Origin: Rhizaria sp. SCN 62-66
Taxonomy: Eukaryota
Direction: 5' to 3'
NCBI GenBank assembly: GCA_001724265.1
Contig: MEDY01000147.1
Span: forward strand, 1 to 64,000
Length of the DNA stretch: 64,000 bases
The position numbers and the translations under genes are program-made. The notes beneath the pieces are model-generated. The model saw only the letters and a list, made by a program, of their open reading frames with translations. It was not told the origin of the DNA and searched no databases. Shown piece by piece: positions 12,489 to 26,500 of the stretch (positions are counted from its first letter, which is position 1; the number at the start of each line of letters is the position of its first letter).

Positions 12489-14061
12489 ATGAGCGCCCCG
12501 ACCCCGATGGGCCCCCATAGGCCCCCGTCCCCCGCCGCCGCGCCCGCCTCCGCCCTCATCTCTGCCTCTTCATCCGCCTCCGTCTCGTCCTCCGCCGCTG
12601 CTCCCGTCGCACCGGCGCCCGTGCCCTCCGCGCGCGTGCGCTCGTTCCCGCGGCTGCCTGCGTCCTCGGTTCCCGCCGCGCTGGCGCAGCGCGACCGCGC
12701 CGTCGTCGCACTCGCGGCCGCTCTGGCCCCGACGCGGCCGCGCGTGGCGGCGCTGGCCCGCGGGTTGGGCGTCCCGGTTCCTCTGTACGCCGACGGCAGC
12801 AGCGACAGCGCTGAGAGCGTTCGGCAGGAGCAGGAGCAACACCAAGGCAACCACAGTGCTGCTGTAAGTGCGAGAGCGAGAGCGAGTGATAATGCAGTTG
12901 CGGCTGCTGCGGCTGCGGCGACCGCCCGCGCCACCGCCGCGACCGCCGCCGTGACCGCCGCCGAGCAGGCGCGGCACTCTCGGTTCCCGTTCCCGTACAA
13001 CGTCGTGCACTTGAACTCGCAGCAGGGCTCGCTGCCCTTGGCAACGCTGGGGGCGCTGGAGAGGGCGTATCCCCCTGTCAAGGCGGCGGAGCCGGTCGAG
13101 ATCGACATTTTCAAGCGCTATAACATCGGCGACTATGATGTGAGTGACGATAACATGCGTAACAGCGACAAAAACAATCGTGATGATGATACTGGAAACG
13201 TTAGCTTGAATAGTTCCGACTCTGAAGACTTTGACGCGTACATCTTTGGCAACAACAACAGCAATAACGCCGACACCAAGCAGAACAACGCTAGCGCTGC
13301 GAGTGCTGCTGACAGTAGTGATGACGAAGACGGCGCCGATGACGACGATTACACGTGCTTAGACAAAGACTGGGATAGGCTATTTTTCCATGTCGTGCAT
13401 TTGGGCACCGATATTGACTATAGCGCTCCCTACAGCGACGTCGCCGCTGAGGACGCGGACCCAGACTCGCATCACTCATCGTCACAGTCCCGCACACAGT
13501 CGGAGTTGCTTCATTCCCACAGTAACGTGCCTATGTCCGACACTCACGACGCACGTTGCCTCTGCCACAGCAACGGCAACGGCAACAACAATTACAATCA
13601 CATTCACAGTAACTCTGCTTACCTGTCGACGACGACCATGCTGACGACAACGACGACCGACTCGGCCACGGGTGCCGTTGTCAGCACACGCAGTGTCGCC
13701 TACCCGACTCCTCTGCAGTCGTTTCTGCCCTCTTTGCCTCTGTCGCTGACACCCTTCACGTCACACCGCCCCGACAAGCAAAACAACAACGACTACGACT
13801 ACGAGAGCAACAATTGCATGAGCTCTCACATCCCGTGCCCTGTGCACGGCCATCGCGCTGCTGACAGCGACAGCGCCGACACTCTGTCTAAGCGCCGCTT
13901 CGTGTCGGTCCTTAGCCTGCCGCAGCCCCCTTACATCAACCACTTGTACGCCTCGGCGCTCGGCCTGGGCCCCGATGCCCACGCCACAGCGATCGCCGCC
14001 CTCAGCGCGGCTAAGCCCGGTGCCGGCGACGGCGACAAGGCTGCCGGCGACAAAGACAACT

Positions 14062-14099
<38 letters not shown>

Positions 14100-14517
14100 T
14101 CCGGAGCCGGCGCGGCGCGGGCGGCGGACGGCGGCGAGGCGTGCGTGCGGTGCCGGCAGACGGTGTTTGTGAACTCTGACCTGGGCGAGCGCGTGTGCGC
14201 GACGTGCGGGTTTGTGTCGGCCGACTACCTGCAGGCCGAGGCCGATCAGGGCGCCGAGTTCGACGAGGACGGCCAAGTCAAGCAGGGCAAGCTGCGCAAG
14301 ATGCAGTTCCTCAATCTGAGCGAGCAGAAGGGCAAGACGGTCACTGCCACTGCACGCGCTGCCGCCGCTGCCGCCGCGGCTGCGGCTGCCAAAGAGAAAG
14401 GCGGCGGCCACGGCGGCGGTAGTGCTTCGATGGCGCACTTGCTCGGCGACGATAACGAAGAGGAGCAGCAGACGCAGGAGAGCGCTTCCGGCGCTGGCAA
14501 CAGGGCGTTTGGCGCGC

Positions 14518-14550
<33 letters not shown>

Positions 14551-17500
14551 ATCTCGGCGGCGGCGGCGACAACAGCGGGGGCGACAGCGACGGCGGCGGC
14601 GACGGTGACGACGATGATGGTGGTAGCGGCGGCGACAGCGACGGCGGCGGCGGTGGCGGCCGCGGCAATCGCGGCGGCGGTAGTCTTGCTGCCGGCCGCG
14701 CATGGCGCAGCGGGCAGAACCACGCCCGCAAGGCCGCCGCAGTCGAGGCCGAGCGCTCTCTGCTCGACCTGTCACTGTCTCAACACTTGGATGTGTACAG
14801 GACGCTCTGGCTGAGGCTGGGGCCGCCGGCGCGCGCGCCTGTGGTCACAGCCGCCGAGGTCGAGGCCGTTACGAAGGAAATTGCACAGGCTGAGTCTGCT
14901 GCTGCGGAAGCTGCGGCCGCCGAGGCCGCTGCTGCTGCTGCCGCTGCTGCAGCCGCTGCGAACGATGATGACGATGATAAGATCCCCGATCTCATTTCTG
15001 TTCACGACGAGCCTATCAATCAGAACAAAGACGCTGGCAGCAAGAGCTCGAGCGCGAGTCAGCTTCGTGGCTTTGTCACCAGCGCAACCGCCGCCGGCTC
15101 TCAGTCTCACGCGGTGGTCGCGAGCGCGGCGATTAATCCTTTCACTCCCGCGGCCGCTGCAGCGCCGTCGGCCGTGCGGTCGGCCCACGAGATCCGCGCC
15201 GCGCTAGAGAGCAAGCGTCGGCTGCTCAAGGCGCTGTCGGCGCGCGCGACGCTGATCGCGCTGGCGCCGCCGCTGCAGCTGCAGGCGACGCGGCTGGCGC
15301 TGCAGTCGTTTCAGCTGCTGCTGCTGCGGCTCGCGGGCGCGGCCGTCGCGGCAGGCGCGGCGCACCCCAGTCTGGTCGTCCGCGTGGGCCGCGTTTGGGC
15401 CAAGTTGCTGCAGTGGTGGCGCCAGACGGGCTGGGGCGCCGATGCGGACAACGCGGCCGTGGTGCTGGTGACGTACAAGCCCACGGTGGCTGAGCTGCGC
15501 AAGCAGGCTCGCTCGCGCCAGCTCGCCAGCGGCCGCGGCCTTGGAGGTCGCGACGGCGGCGTCACTCGCGGTGGCGATGGCGGCCTCGGTTATGACGACG
15601 CCGAAGACGACGACGGCGACTGCGAGCAGGACGACGACGGCGGCGACGGTGTGTGGTTCGACGACATGTCCACTTCGGACGACTCATCCTCCAACGAGTC
15701 GGCCGGCCCCCGCCACGGCTCGTCGTCGTCGTCGCTCTCGTCCGACAGTGAGCAAGACGCTCCAAAAGCCAATTTAGGTCAGACAACTCTCCCTGGCTTC
15801 AGTCGGTACAGTAAGCGTAGTTTAAACAGCCGCCGCCGCGCAAGCACCCGCAGTCGCGGCGATGTTGACAGCGACAGTGGCAGTGACGCCGTCGCCAGTG
15901 ACTGTGAGCGCGACGACGTTGGCCGCGACTTGGGTGAGGACCACGAGCAGCAGACGCGCATCAAGAGCATCTTCAAGTCGCACTTCGGCTCCTTTATCGT
16001 CTCCTCAGCGTACAAGGACACCAAGAAGAGCAACTCTGTCTCTCGCGCCCACTTCCAGTCGCAGCTCAGGTACATTCCCCGTCAAAGCGACGGCCGTTTC
16101 GTCGGAGTGCCCCGCGACAACCCCGCCAAGGACGCGCTCGACGGCAACCGGACATCGCGCCACGTGCGCCGCACTCGCCGCGCCGCCGCGCTGGCCCAGG
16201 CGACGGCGCGCGCGGGCGTCTCGGGCGTCGCGGCCACGGTCTTCCGCTACGTCGAGCAGCCCGCCGACGGCTCCGTGGCGGCCTCCGCGCAGCACCCGGA
16301 GCGCGCGGGCGCGCTCACCGGCGCGGCGCTGGCGAGCCGGCGCAAGAACGTGCCCATCCAGCTCGACCTGGGCATCACCACCGCAGTTGGCACCGGCGCC
16401 GCGGCCGCGCTGGGCGGCCAGACCGAGGAGGAGGCCGCCGCGGCGGTCGCGGCCGCGGCGGCGGAGGAGGCGGCGCGCAGGACCGCGGCCGAGATGCTGC
16501 CCACCAGCGCGAACTTTGTGCGGAAGAATCTGTGTCTCTCCACTGATGCAGGCAGCAGCGCGCGTACATCTGCCAAGGGTAAGGGTAAGGGCAAGAGCGC
16601 TAAGGGCGACGCCGACAGCACGGATACTGAGTCCGGCGCGAGCGCGAATGCGCGGAAGCTCGCCCGCTTGCTAGCGACGCGCGCAGACGACGATGACGGT
16701 CACGACGGGGACAGCGGTAGTGGCGTGAAGAGCCTCATAGTCAGCACCGCAGTGTCAGACAAGGTGGCCGCTTCAATTGCCATTGCGACCGCGATCAGGC
16801 TGTCTGCACAGCCGACTATCATCAATACCTCGAGTTCCTCTCACGCTAGCACCAGCACCAACAGCAGCAACAGCAGCAACGACTTTAGCAGCAGCAGTCG
16901 TAGAACGAGCGTCATCGCTGTGAACACGAATCCTGGCACTGTTCGTCCCATCATCGCTGAAGTCAAGCCGCCTGCCCTCCCCAGCCCCGCAGCGAGCAGG
17001 ATCAGCTTTGCTCCGGACGCCGCTCGCGCCCAGAGCGACAGCAGCAGCCCCAGTGACAGCGACGACGGCGCGCGCGTGAACAGGAACGCTCTTGTCCCGC
17101 GGGCTAGTGCCAAGAGAAAGCCGCGCCGCGTCACGGCCATCCTCACGACTCCGCAGGCCGTCGCGCCCGCGACCTCGTACCCGCTGCTGCCACTGCTGAC
17201 TCCCGCCCGCGTGGCCGCCGCGACGCTGCTGCTGCGCGCGCAGGCCGCGTCGCCGACCGCGGGCGTGCCGCTGGGCGCTCTATCGCAGCTGGCCGCCGTG
17301 CGCCGCATTGCTTCCCGCTCGCTTGCGCGCGCGGCCGCGGTTGCCGGCGCGGAGGCCGCGGCCGCCGCGGGCGTGACCGACGCCGCCGCGGTTGAGGCCG
17401 CTGCCAGGGCTGCGGCCGTGGCCGCCGTGGACGAGTCGCTCAAGCGCAAGCGCGGCCGCGGCGGCTGGGCGGCGCGCGGCGGCGGCGGCGGCGACGGCGG

Positions 17501-20500
17501 CGCGTACTCCGGACTCGATGCCGACACGGAGGCAGAGATGGAAGGGGACCCCGTGATGAAGGCCGCCGAGGAGGCTGCGAAAGCGACGGCGCGCGCGTTT
17601 CTCGCCAAGCAACGGCAGCAGAGTTCGAGTGACAATGACTCTAGCGACAGCGATGCGGCGTCGGAGGCGCGGGCGCGGGCTGAGGCTGAGAACAAGGCTC
17701 GGCTGCGGCGGCAACAGCAGAAGCAGCTGCGCCGCCGCCGCATGAAGCGCGGCTACGCTGAGAGCAGCAGCGGTGATAGCGATACTGACAGCAAGGGCGC
17801 GGCGGGCCGCGGCCGCGGGAAGTCAGCGCTCGAGAGTAGCAGCAGCGAGTCAGGACGCGACTACGACGACTTCGAAGCGAAGCCACTTAGGGGCGCTGCG
17901 AAGTCGGCAGGCAGCACTCGTGCGAGCACAAGTGTCAAGGCTAAGGCTGAGGCGAAGGCGGAGGCTCGACTTAAGAAGGCTGAGGCGAAGGCCAACAGTG
18001 CGATCAGCGAAGTGCGCACGGCCGCTGCTGCCGCCGCCGCTGCCGCTGTCACCTTGTCGGCTGAGACAGCGGCGGCCGGGTCTGTGCCGCCAGTGACGGA
18101 GGCGTTGGCTGGGAGTCGCGAGTTGAGCAAGATTATTGCGGCTATCGCCGCTGCCGCTTCGCGTGCCGCCTCTGTGTCGACGCGCACCAAGATCATCTTC
18201 ACTGCAGACGCGCAGAATAGCTACAACACTCAGGGCGACGACAACGACGACAGCGCCGCCGACGACATCGACGGCACGGTCCTCGATGCGCGCCTCTACC
18301 GCATGCGCCGCCGCCTGCGGATTGATTCGGTAGCCTCCGCGCCCGCGATGGACCCGGCCGAGGCGCTGCACGGCAAGGCGCCGTACCCCGTGCTGGTGAC
18401 GCAGCACCAGCGCCTGCCGGGGTATGTGCTGACCGCGGTGCAGCGCTACCTGGCGCGCACGCTCGTGCCCGCGGCCGCGCTCTACCTGCCGCGACACGCG
18501 CCGACCGTACGCGCGCTGAGCCGGCGGCAGCAGGAGTACGTGCTGCTGCGGAGCTCGGCCGTGGGACAGTTCATGCTCGTCATGAGCGGCGTGATGAAAG
18601 AGCTGCCCGTGCCGGAGTACTTGGAGCGCTACTTGCTTGCTCTCGAGGTGGAGCCGGAGAAGCAGCGCGGCGACCGGGGGATGAAGATGCAGGCCCGTTA
18701 TGAGAAGGAAAGGCTGCGGCGGAAGCAGTGGCGCCAGAAGGAGCGAGAGCGCAGGGCGCTTGCCCGCAGCAACAGCGCGAGCAACAGCACGAGCACGAAC
18801 GCCACTCAAGCTGACACTTCTTGTGACACTGCTTCTGCATATGTTGACTCGACTTCGTCTGTTAGCGCGACTGCAAGCGTTGGCGCTAGCGCTGCTAGCG
18901 TTAATCGTGTTTCGACTGTCGATGACGTGGACGACGGAGTCAGCTCGAGCCAATCTCAGCCTTTTCACCCTGACACGACAGGTGAAAACACAGAGATCAA
19001 TGTCCCTGAGCAAAAGCTTGTCTTTACCTGTCGCTGCCGCTGCGGCTTCTGCCATCCGCCCGGCACCACGATCCCCCCCGCGCAGGCGCTCGCCGTGGCG
19101 GCGGCGCGGCGCACTGCCGTCGCCAACGCCCGCGTCGCTGCGACCGCAAAACACGCCTTGGAGGCGGCGCGGCCCACGAAACTCAAGGCCCGCCGCGTGC
19201 GCACGTGGAAAGACGCGAGCAAGGCGCCTGCGAGCACGCTTAGAAACCCGTACAACGTGAGCACCAACAGCGAAGCGCTGCTGGAGGAGGCGCTCGCCGG
19301 CTTCAGCTCCGACGACGACGACGATAGTGACGAGACAGACGACATCAGCGGTGGCAGGAGCACGCGCAAGAAGCGCACTGCGGGCGCTGGCGTCCGTGTG
19401 AACAGCGGCGCGCTGCGCGTGCTGCAAGACGTGCAGGCCGCGACGGCCGACGAGCGCAAGGGCGTGTACACTGCGCTGCGCGCCGAGACGGCCAAGGTGG
19501 CGCGCGCGGTGCGTGCGTTGGCGGCCGAGTCTGCTGCGCTGGGCAGCAAGAGCAATGATAACGGCGGTAACGCTGACAAGAAGACCATCGACAGCAAAGA
19601 CAACGTTGGCGAGTCACTTGTCGGCTCTGAGGCTGCGACTAATGGACCCATTGTGAAGACCGAGACTCTTATGGGTCACGGTGTCAAGCAGGAGGCTGAG
19701 GCCGCTCACGGTCAGCCGTCTAATGCGGCTGTCTCTCGTCACTCGTTGAACCCGACCCGCGGGCGCTTCAGCCCTGTTGCGAAGAACAAAAAGAGTAAGA
19801 GCAAGAGCAGGGGCAAGAGTCTGGACTCAGACTCAGATTCTGAATCGAGCTCAATATCAGACTCTGAGTTGGATGTCAATACTGACAGTGTCTCTAGTAG
19901 CACCGCGACTGGCACCAAGCGCTCTCGTCTCTTCGGCTCGAACGTTCGTGCCGACAGCGCGCCTCCTGTCACAACCCTTCTCGGCCTTTCAGCGCAACAG
20001 CAGCAGTTTGACGCTGTGACCACGCGCCTTGAGACCGCTGCCCGTGCCGCCAGCTCGCTGTCCATTGCGCACTCCCGCCTACTTCTCAACAAAACCGTGG
20101 CCGAAAGCAGGACCCGCGCCTCACTCGAGATCAGGCGCCAGCGTGCGACCGCGCTCGACGTCGCGACTGCGGAGGCCGCGGCCGCAGCGGAGGCGGAGGC
20201 CACGCTGTGGCGGCGCGCGGCCGAGGAGGCCGCAAAGACTGATTCGCATAACTTGAACAACACTGCATTGACTGTCCTCAACGGCAGTAGCAGTAGTAGC
20301 GACGACGTCGACATTGATGACGAACGCGTTGACGGGATTGTGGACGTAGACGATGTTGACGATGGCGACGACGAGATGATGCACACGAGCCACAGTCTCA
20401 AGAGCAAAAGCGATCTTAAGAGGGCAAGGCGCGGTGCCGCTGCTGATGCAACAGCTGTTGCTGCTGCGGCCGCTGCGGTCGCCGCTGCTGCAAGCGGTGG

Positions 20501-23500
20501 CGGCGTCGACCTTGCGACTGCTCGTGGTCGCCCAGACTCCCCGCAGTCGCAGCACCTGGTGAGCTCGCTGTACTCTCTCCCCGGCTCTCTAGTCTACGAC
20601 GAGGACGACGTCTTTCCTGCTCATAGCCAGATCTCGCTCGCACAGTCGTCACAGTCTCAGCTTTCTCAAGACCAGTTTGACTTCGACAGCGACGGTTACA
20701 CTGGCGCGAGAGCGGCGGAGCGGGCGATGAGCGCGGGCGTGTTTGCGCAGGTTTCGGAAGAGAAAACCACATTCAGCTCTTAGTCGCTTGTCTTTGAGCC
20801 CCAAAACCAGCTGCCGCAGCAGCAACAACAGCAGCAACTTCAATCGACGTACACTAGAGCTCCTGCATCTGGCCACTATCAACCTGGGAGCTCTAACCCT
20901 AGAGGCCCCGTGTCACAGGAGAACGACAACATCCACCGCTCGCGCTCCGGCTCTCGCCCCCGCTCTCGCGGCGCGACGGCGACTGGGTCCGGCGTCAGCA
21001 GCGGCATGAGCGCCGGGTTTGTCGCCGCCACTGGCGCGCGCGTTGCCATCCCGTGGCAGCTGAACCCGCTCATCCCCGTGCTGCCGTCTGCCAACACCGC
21101 GTTCGCACCCTCATTCGTGCCGCACATCACAGCGTTACCGCTTTTTACGACACGCAATGCTAATTCTAGCGCCGTGGGTTCTCAAACGGCATCCAGTACC
21201 AGTGACTCGAGTGTGAGCTCTAGTGCGAGTGCGAGTGCGAGCTCTAGTTCAGTGTCTGCATCTGTTCTCCTGTCGTCGGGTGCTGAGGTTCCCCTCACGC
21301 AGTTACACGCGGGCATCGGTGCTGGCTTTGAGTCTGGCTCACAGTCGTTCCTCTCTGCGCAGGCCGTGCCGACTCTGATGGTGTCGCTGCTTGGCGCCAA
21401 CGCCCGCTTGCAGGCCCCGTTTTACCGCCGCAGCTCGCGCGCAACGTCATTCACGACATTCGCTCGCTCTTATGCTGCAGCTCAAAACGCGTCGGCAACA
21501 TCAACAACCGGCGCAAGTGCTGATGACAATGCTGCTGGCGCTGCAACCGCGACGGCGCTGACTGTGAGCGATGACGCGAATGGAGACATTGGCTACGGCT
21601 TCACCGCCAGCGGCCGCGTGCGCCTGCGCCCCATGGCGAAGCACCGCGAGGCGGCCGAGCTCGCGGCCGCGGGGCTGCGCATAGGGCTCAGCGGGACCGT
21701 GTTCGGCCTCGGCGCTCTGGTCACCACCGTTGCGAGCGACCCGCTGCCGAACAAAAGCACTACCGAAACGACGTTGCTGCGCTTAGTTAGGCCGCCACTT
21801 CCCCCAGCGTCTGCTGTCGTTTTACACGACATGGACAGTGTGCTGGGCCCGGTTTTCATTCGCTACTTTGAGGGCTCCACGTTCTGGCGCAACGCGGCCG
21901 CAACCTACCGCTACATGCACGTGCAGACCAGGGATATGCTGCTGATGCACTACTTCAAGTACATGAAGGCATCATTCGCGCGCTTCCAACGCCGCAGCAG
22001 TAGTGACGCGAACGCGAGCTTGTTGCCGTTGCTGGTCCACGACCTCACTCTCTGGCTCGGGCTCTGCTCCCTGCCGTCGCCGGCGCTGGGCCCCGTGGTG
22101 CCGCCCGCGCTGGCGTTCGCGGCGCACACCGAACACCAGCAGTGGTACTCGATGTGCGAGACGGACCGCGCGAGCATGATCGATCATATGTCGCACTCTG
22201 TCTCGCAGCAGTTGAACACTGGCAGCGCGAACGCTGACTCTCATGCTGTGCTGCCTAAGGGACTTATCGCGCTTGTTGAGAGTGGTCCTGCGATCCCCAC
22301 TTCGCTTGCATCGGTGCAAATCCTATCTGAACAGCTCAAGAACACACTTTTCCGGCTCGTTTTCCCGCCGCAGTCCATGTTGTATCATCTTCCCCAGCCG
22401 ACCATTGTGACCGCCGTCACGTCTGCGACGCAGCGTGCTCGGCGCATAATCACCAAGGCCTCTGCGGCGTCTCCTGCCACTCCCGCCGCAACTTCTGCTG
22501 CTTCCGCAGCAGCGTGTGCCGTGTCGACCCGGCTCATCGTCTCGCTCCGCGCACGACCCCCCCTCGACTACAGGCAAACGCCGCGCTTCAGCAATGGCTT
22601 TGCTGGGCCCAGTGATAAAGAAGACGCCGCTGACGATGACGAAGCCGACGTTTCTGTCAACATTGCAAAGCCTGTGTTTTTGTCGTACCCGTACCATGTC
22701 TACGCGAAGCGCCGCCGCAGTGCAGTCAGCGCCGCGATGGCTGCGCTCATCGCGCGGGCGCCGCGCATCGCGGCCGGGCTGAGCGCCCGCGCCACTCTGG
22801 GCACCAGCACTCGCGCTGGCGGTGACTCGGCGATTGTCGATGGCGCGGCAAACACGTACACCGACGCCGACGGTGCGTACACCGGAAGTGCACTGGACAC
22901 TTACGAAGCTGCTCTGACCGCAGCGGCGCGCGCCATCACGGCGACGCAGACTGCAGCTAAGAGCGGTCGCGCTAAGGGTCAGCGGACTGGCGTCACAGGC
23001 AGCCAGAGCAATAGCACTGGCGATACTGTCACTGCTGCTCACGATGACTACGACCACAGTCGAAACGCTCGCGCTCACGGAGGCGGCGCCAGCGCGTTCA
23101 GTGTCTTGTTTGGCCACTTAGACACGCGCGCCCGCCACGTCAAGTATCACACCCTCTTGGACGAAGAGGAGGCCCTGGCGGGGCTGGCTCCGTGCCGCTG
23201 TGTGTGCATGTACGCCACGCTGCCCGCGATCACGCGGCCACCGTCAGCGTCGCTGGCGCCGAAGCCTCTGCAGGCGGCTGCAAGCAGTGGCGGCAGTGAC
23301 GCTACGACGAAGCCCAACGAGACTATGAGCGATAATGACTCTTCTTTGGCTCAGAATGCGATGAATGGTTCGAGTTCCAGTGCAAGTGCTACTGCTCCAG
23401 TAGACGACAATGTTGCGGTTATGAAGCAGCAGCCTCGTGTCACATTTGACATCCCAGACGGCAACGCTTCCGGCTCTAGCTCTGCTGCTGCCGCTGACTT

Positions 23501-26500
23501 GGCGACAGCAGCTCCGAGCAAGAGCAAGACGAAGAGTCACAGCAAGCGCGTCCCCACCGTCACCGTGACCCCCGCGATCGCGCTGAACCCTCTGCTGCTT
23601 CCGCTGCCACCGCACCGCCGCCGTGCAGACAAGACCCTCACGGTCACGCTCAACCCCTGTGCCAGCGCGGTGCCTCTCGCGCAGCACCACCAGCAGCTCT
23701 CGGCCTCCTTCGCGCAAGCCGTGCCCACGGACCCGACCTCCTCGGGCACCGGCACGGGTTCGACCGCGGGCACTGCCGGTGCGACTGCGGGGTTGACTGG
23801 CCTTGTTCGCGCCAAGCTTCGTTTCCGCTCTCCGTTCCGGTCCCGCCGCGGCCAGTTGGGCCCGTCCGCGCCGCTGCTGCCCGGTTCCCTGTCGTTCCCG
23901 CTCGCCGTCGCCATTGTGCTGGCCGCCGCGGCCGCACAGGGCGACGCGCTGGACCACCCTACGCTGCGCCGCGTCGTCGGGCTAGCGGGCGGTTTGCCGC
24001 CGGCCTCGGTGGGCGCCAAGGCCACGCAGCTGCCGAGCGGCGTCGAGTTTTTCACCATGGACCCGCTGGTGGCGCAGAGGGAGTTCGTCGACAGGGATGA
24101 CGTCACTGCGGACGCGGTTGCGGTCGCGCTCGCTGCGGCAGTCTCAGACAACAACAATCTTAGCAACGCCAACACGAACAAGGCGAACAGTAACCCTGTT
24201 GCTTCGTCTTCTTTCTCGACGACCTCTCGCACTGTTGGCAGCAACAATGACGGCTCCACGAAGACTGACGACGCCGCCGACACAGTGTCTCCGTCGTCGC
24301 TCCTGGCCTGGGTTGCCCGCGCCCCGCTGCTGCGCCGCTGCCTTGCCCCCGACGCCTTCCCGTCCCGCGCGCTCACCGCCGCGCTGGCGTCGCAGCTCTC
24401 CGCCGCGCTTGGCACCACCGACCCGTCGGGCGCCGCCACGAGCGGCGACAGCGGCGGCGACGTCAGCAGCGTGAGTGGGTACGGCTCGACCGGCCGCCCC
24501 GCCGCGGGAGCGCTTGCTGCGGGCGTGTGCGGCGTCGTGGTCGTCGAGACCACGGCCACTGCGCCCAAGGGTGCGATGAAGGCCGAGGCTGCGACGTTGG
24601 CCGCGGCTGAGGCCGCCGCCGCCGCTGCGGCGTCAGTCTTTGGCACTAGCGCGACAACAGCGGCTGCTGATACGAACAACTCGAGTTCTAGCTCTAGCGT
24701 GAGCGCGATTGCCAGCGCCGATGGCGCTGCTGTCGGCAAAGAGATTGAGTCAAAGACGACCGTGCTCACCCCGGTGACTGTGAGCGGCGCCGGCACAGTG
24801 ACCGCGCTGCCCGTGCTGGCCTCGGCCCTCGCGCTCGGTCTCCACGACCGCCGCGCGAACGCGCTCACGGTCACTGCGGAGGCCACGGCGGCCGCGCCCG
24901 CGACGGTCGACGCCGCCGCGGTTGCCGCCGCAGCCGCGGCCGCAGTCGCCGCCGCATCAGCCTCTTCTTCCTCATCGTCAGCGAACGCGATGAATGACGA
25001 TACCGCCGGCTTAGACCCTGTGGAGGCAAAGAAGCGCCAACGCGCGCGCCGTCGCGACCGCGATCGCCTCGCCGCCGCCACCGCAGCCGCTACGGCAGCA
25101 GCGACCTCCGCGGCGGCCTCCACGCTGACTCTGGTGCAGACGCAGGTGCGCGTGCCGCTCCAGTCCGTGTTGCCCACCACGCTGGCGTCAGCGCTGACCG
25201 GGGGTGGCACGGGGGCCGACGGGAAAGCCAGGCCGCCGCCGCGCGTGGCGCCCGCTGGCGTGGCGGCTGCAGCACACTGGGGCATCGTGGCCGCGGCGTG
25301 CGCGGGCGCCGAGACGAGCTTCCCGCTCTCGCTCGCGCTCTCGCACGGTTACGGCAGCGGCATGCGCAGCGTTAGCGCCGCCGCCCTGTGTCACAACCGC
25401 GGCGGCCGCGCAGGCGCGCTCACCCTGGGCCACTCTGGCAGCGGGGCCGAGGGCGACCGCGCGCTGGCCGAGGTTGTCAGCGGCGGCATGGCGGGCGGGC
25501 GTCGCCGCGTGCCCAGCGCAATGTCCGCCGACGGCGACAGCCTCGCTCTGCTCATGGGCGGTGGCGTCAGCAGCGGCAGCGGCGGCGGCTGGGTGCGTGC
25601 GATGAACGCGTTTGCGCGCCGCTTGCTCGCAACCACGCCTGAGGTCGTATACAGCGCGGTCACCAAGAATACGAACACTCCTAGCAGCATGAGCTCCACG
25701 AACTCTAGCTCAAACGTTAGCTCTAGCTCTAGCTTCGGCGCTGGCGCAGTGTGGTCGCGCGTTGTCTCCCAGCGCGCCGCCGCCGCCGCGGCCGTGGGCG
25801 CCGCAGTGTGGTCGGCGGCCTCGCACCGCCTGCTGCGCGCGGCCCGCAGCCGGCGCCTGCTGTCGACCTTCCTGTACGCGCATCATTTGACCGGCTCTAT
25901 TGCGCAATCGGCCGCGCTCGGCTCCGCGAGCAGCTTTGCGCAGAGCGTCACCAGTGCCACTGCGGCGCAGTTGTTAGGACTTGAGCCAATCACAAACAAC
26001 AGTCTCACCACTGGATCTGCGCTGAGCAAGCGCGATATGAGTGACGATGTGGATGAGAACGACCCCAGCTCGTCCGCGTTCGTGGGCCGCCACATAGGCG
26101 TGGCCGGTGGCGCCCCGCTGTCGGCCTTCCTGGCCACGGCAGCGCCGCCGCCGCCGCCGCCGCCGTTGTGGCTGCTTGCTGTGTCGGTCGTGTCCCTTAT
26201 GCTGACGACGCAGATTGTTGTCGCGGACGACGCTGATAGCGACGACAACACTGACTCCACTGTTGCTAACTTGACTGAGAAGACAAGTACGACTGCTCAT
26301 GTTCCTGCTGTTAAGTCTACTGCCGGTACTGTTAATAGCGCTGCCGGTCCTGTGGTGACTGTGAGTGCACGTCGCATCCCTGCCGTCTATCAAAAGCCCA
26401 TCACTCCTGCGCTTGCCAGCTCGACTGCCAACTCTAGCAGTCGTATTGGGCCAGTTCAGATGCTTGACACTGTTGATATTGATTTAGATGGCACTGTGCT

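Noticed and set aside
2454-20783. Calling SPO11, the orphan and the giant ORF pseudogenes or split genes
   Set aside because: Each has only one lesion, always TAG, with no frameshifts over thousands of codons and no intergenic-type sequence at the break. Not fully excluded without reads.
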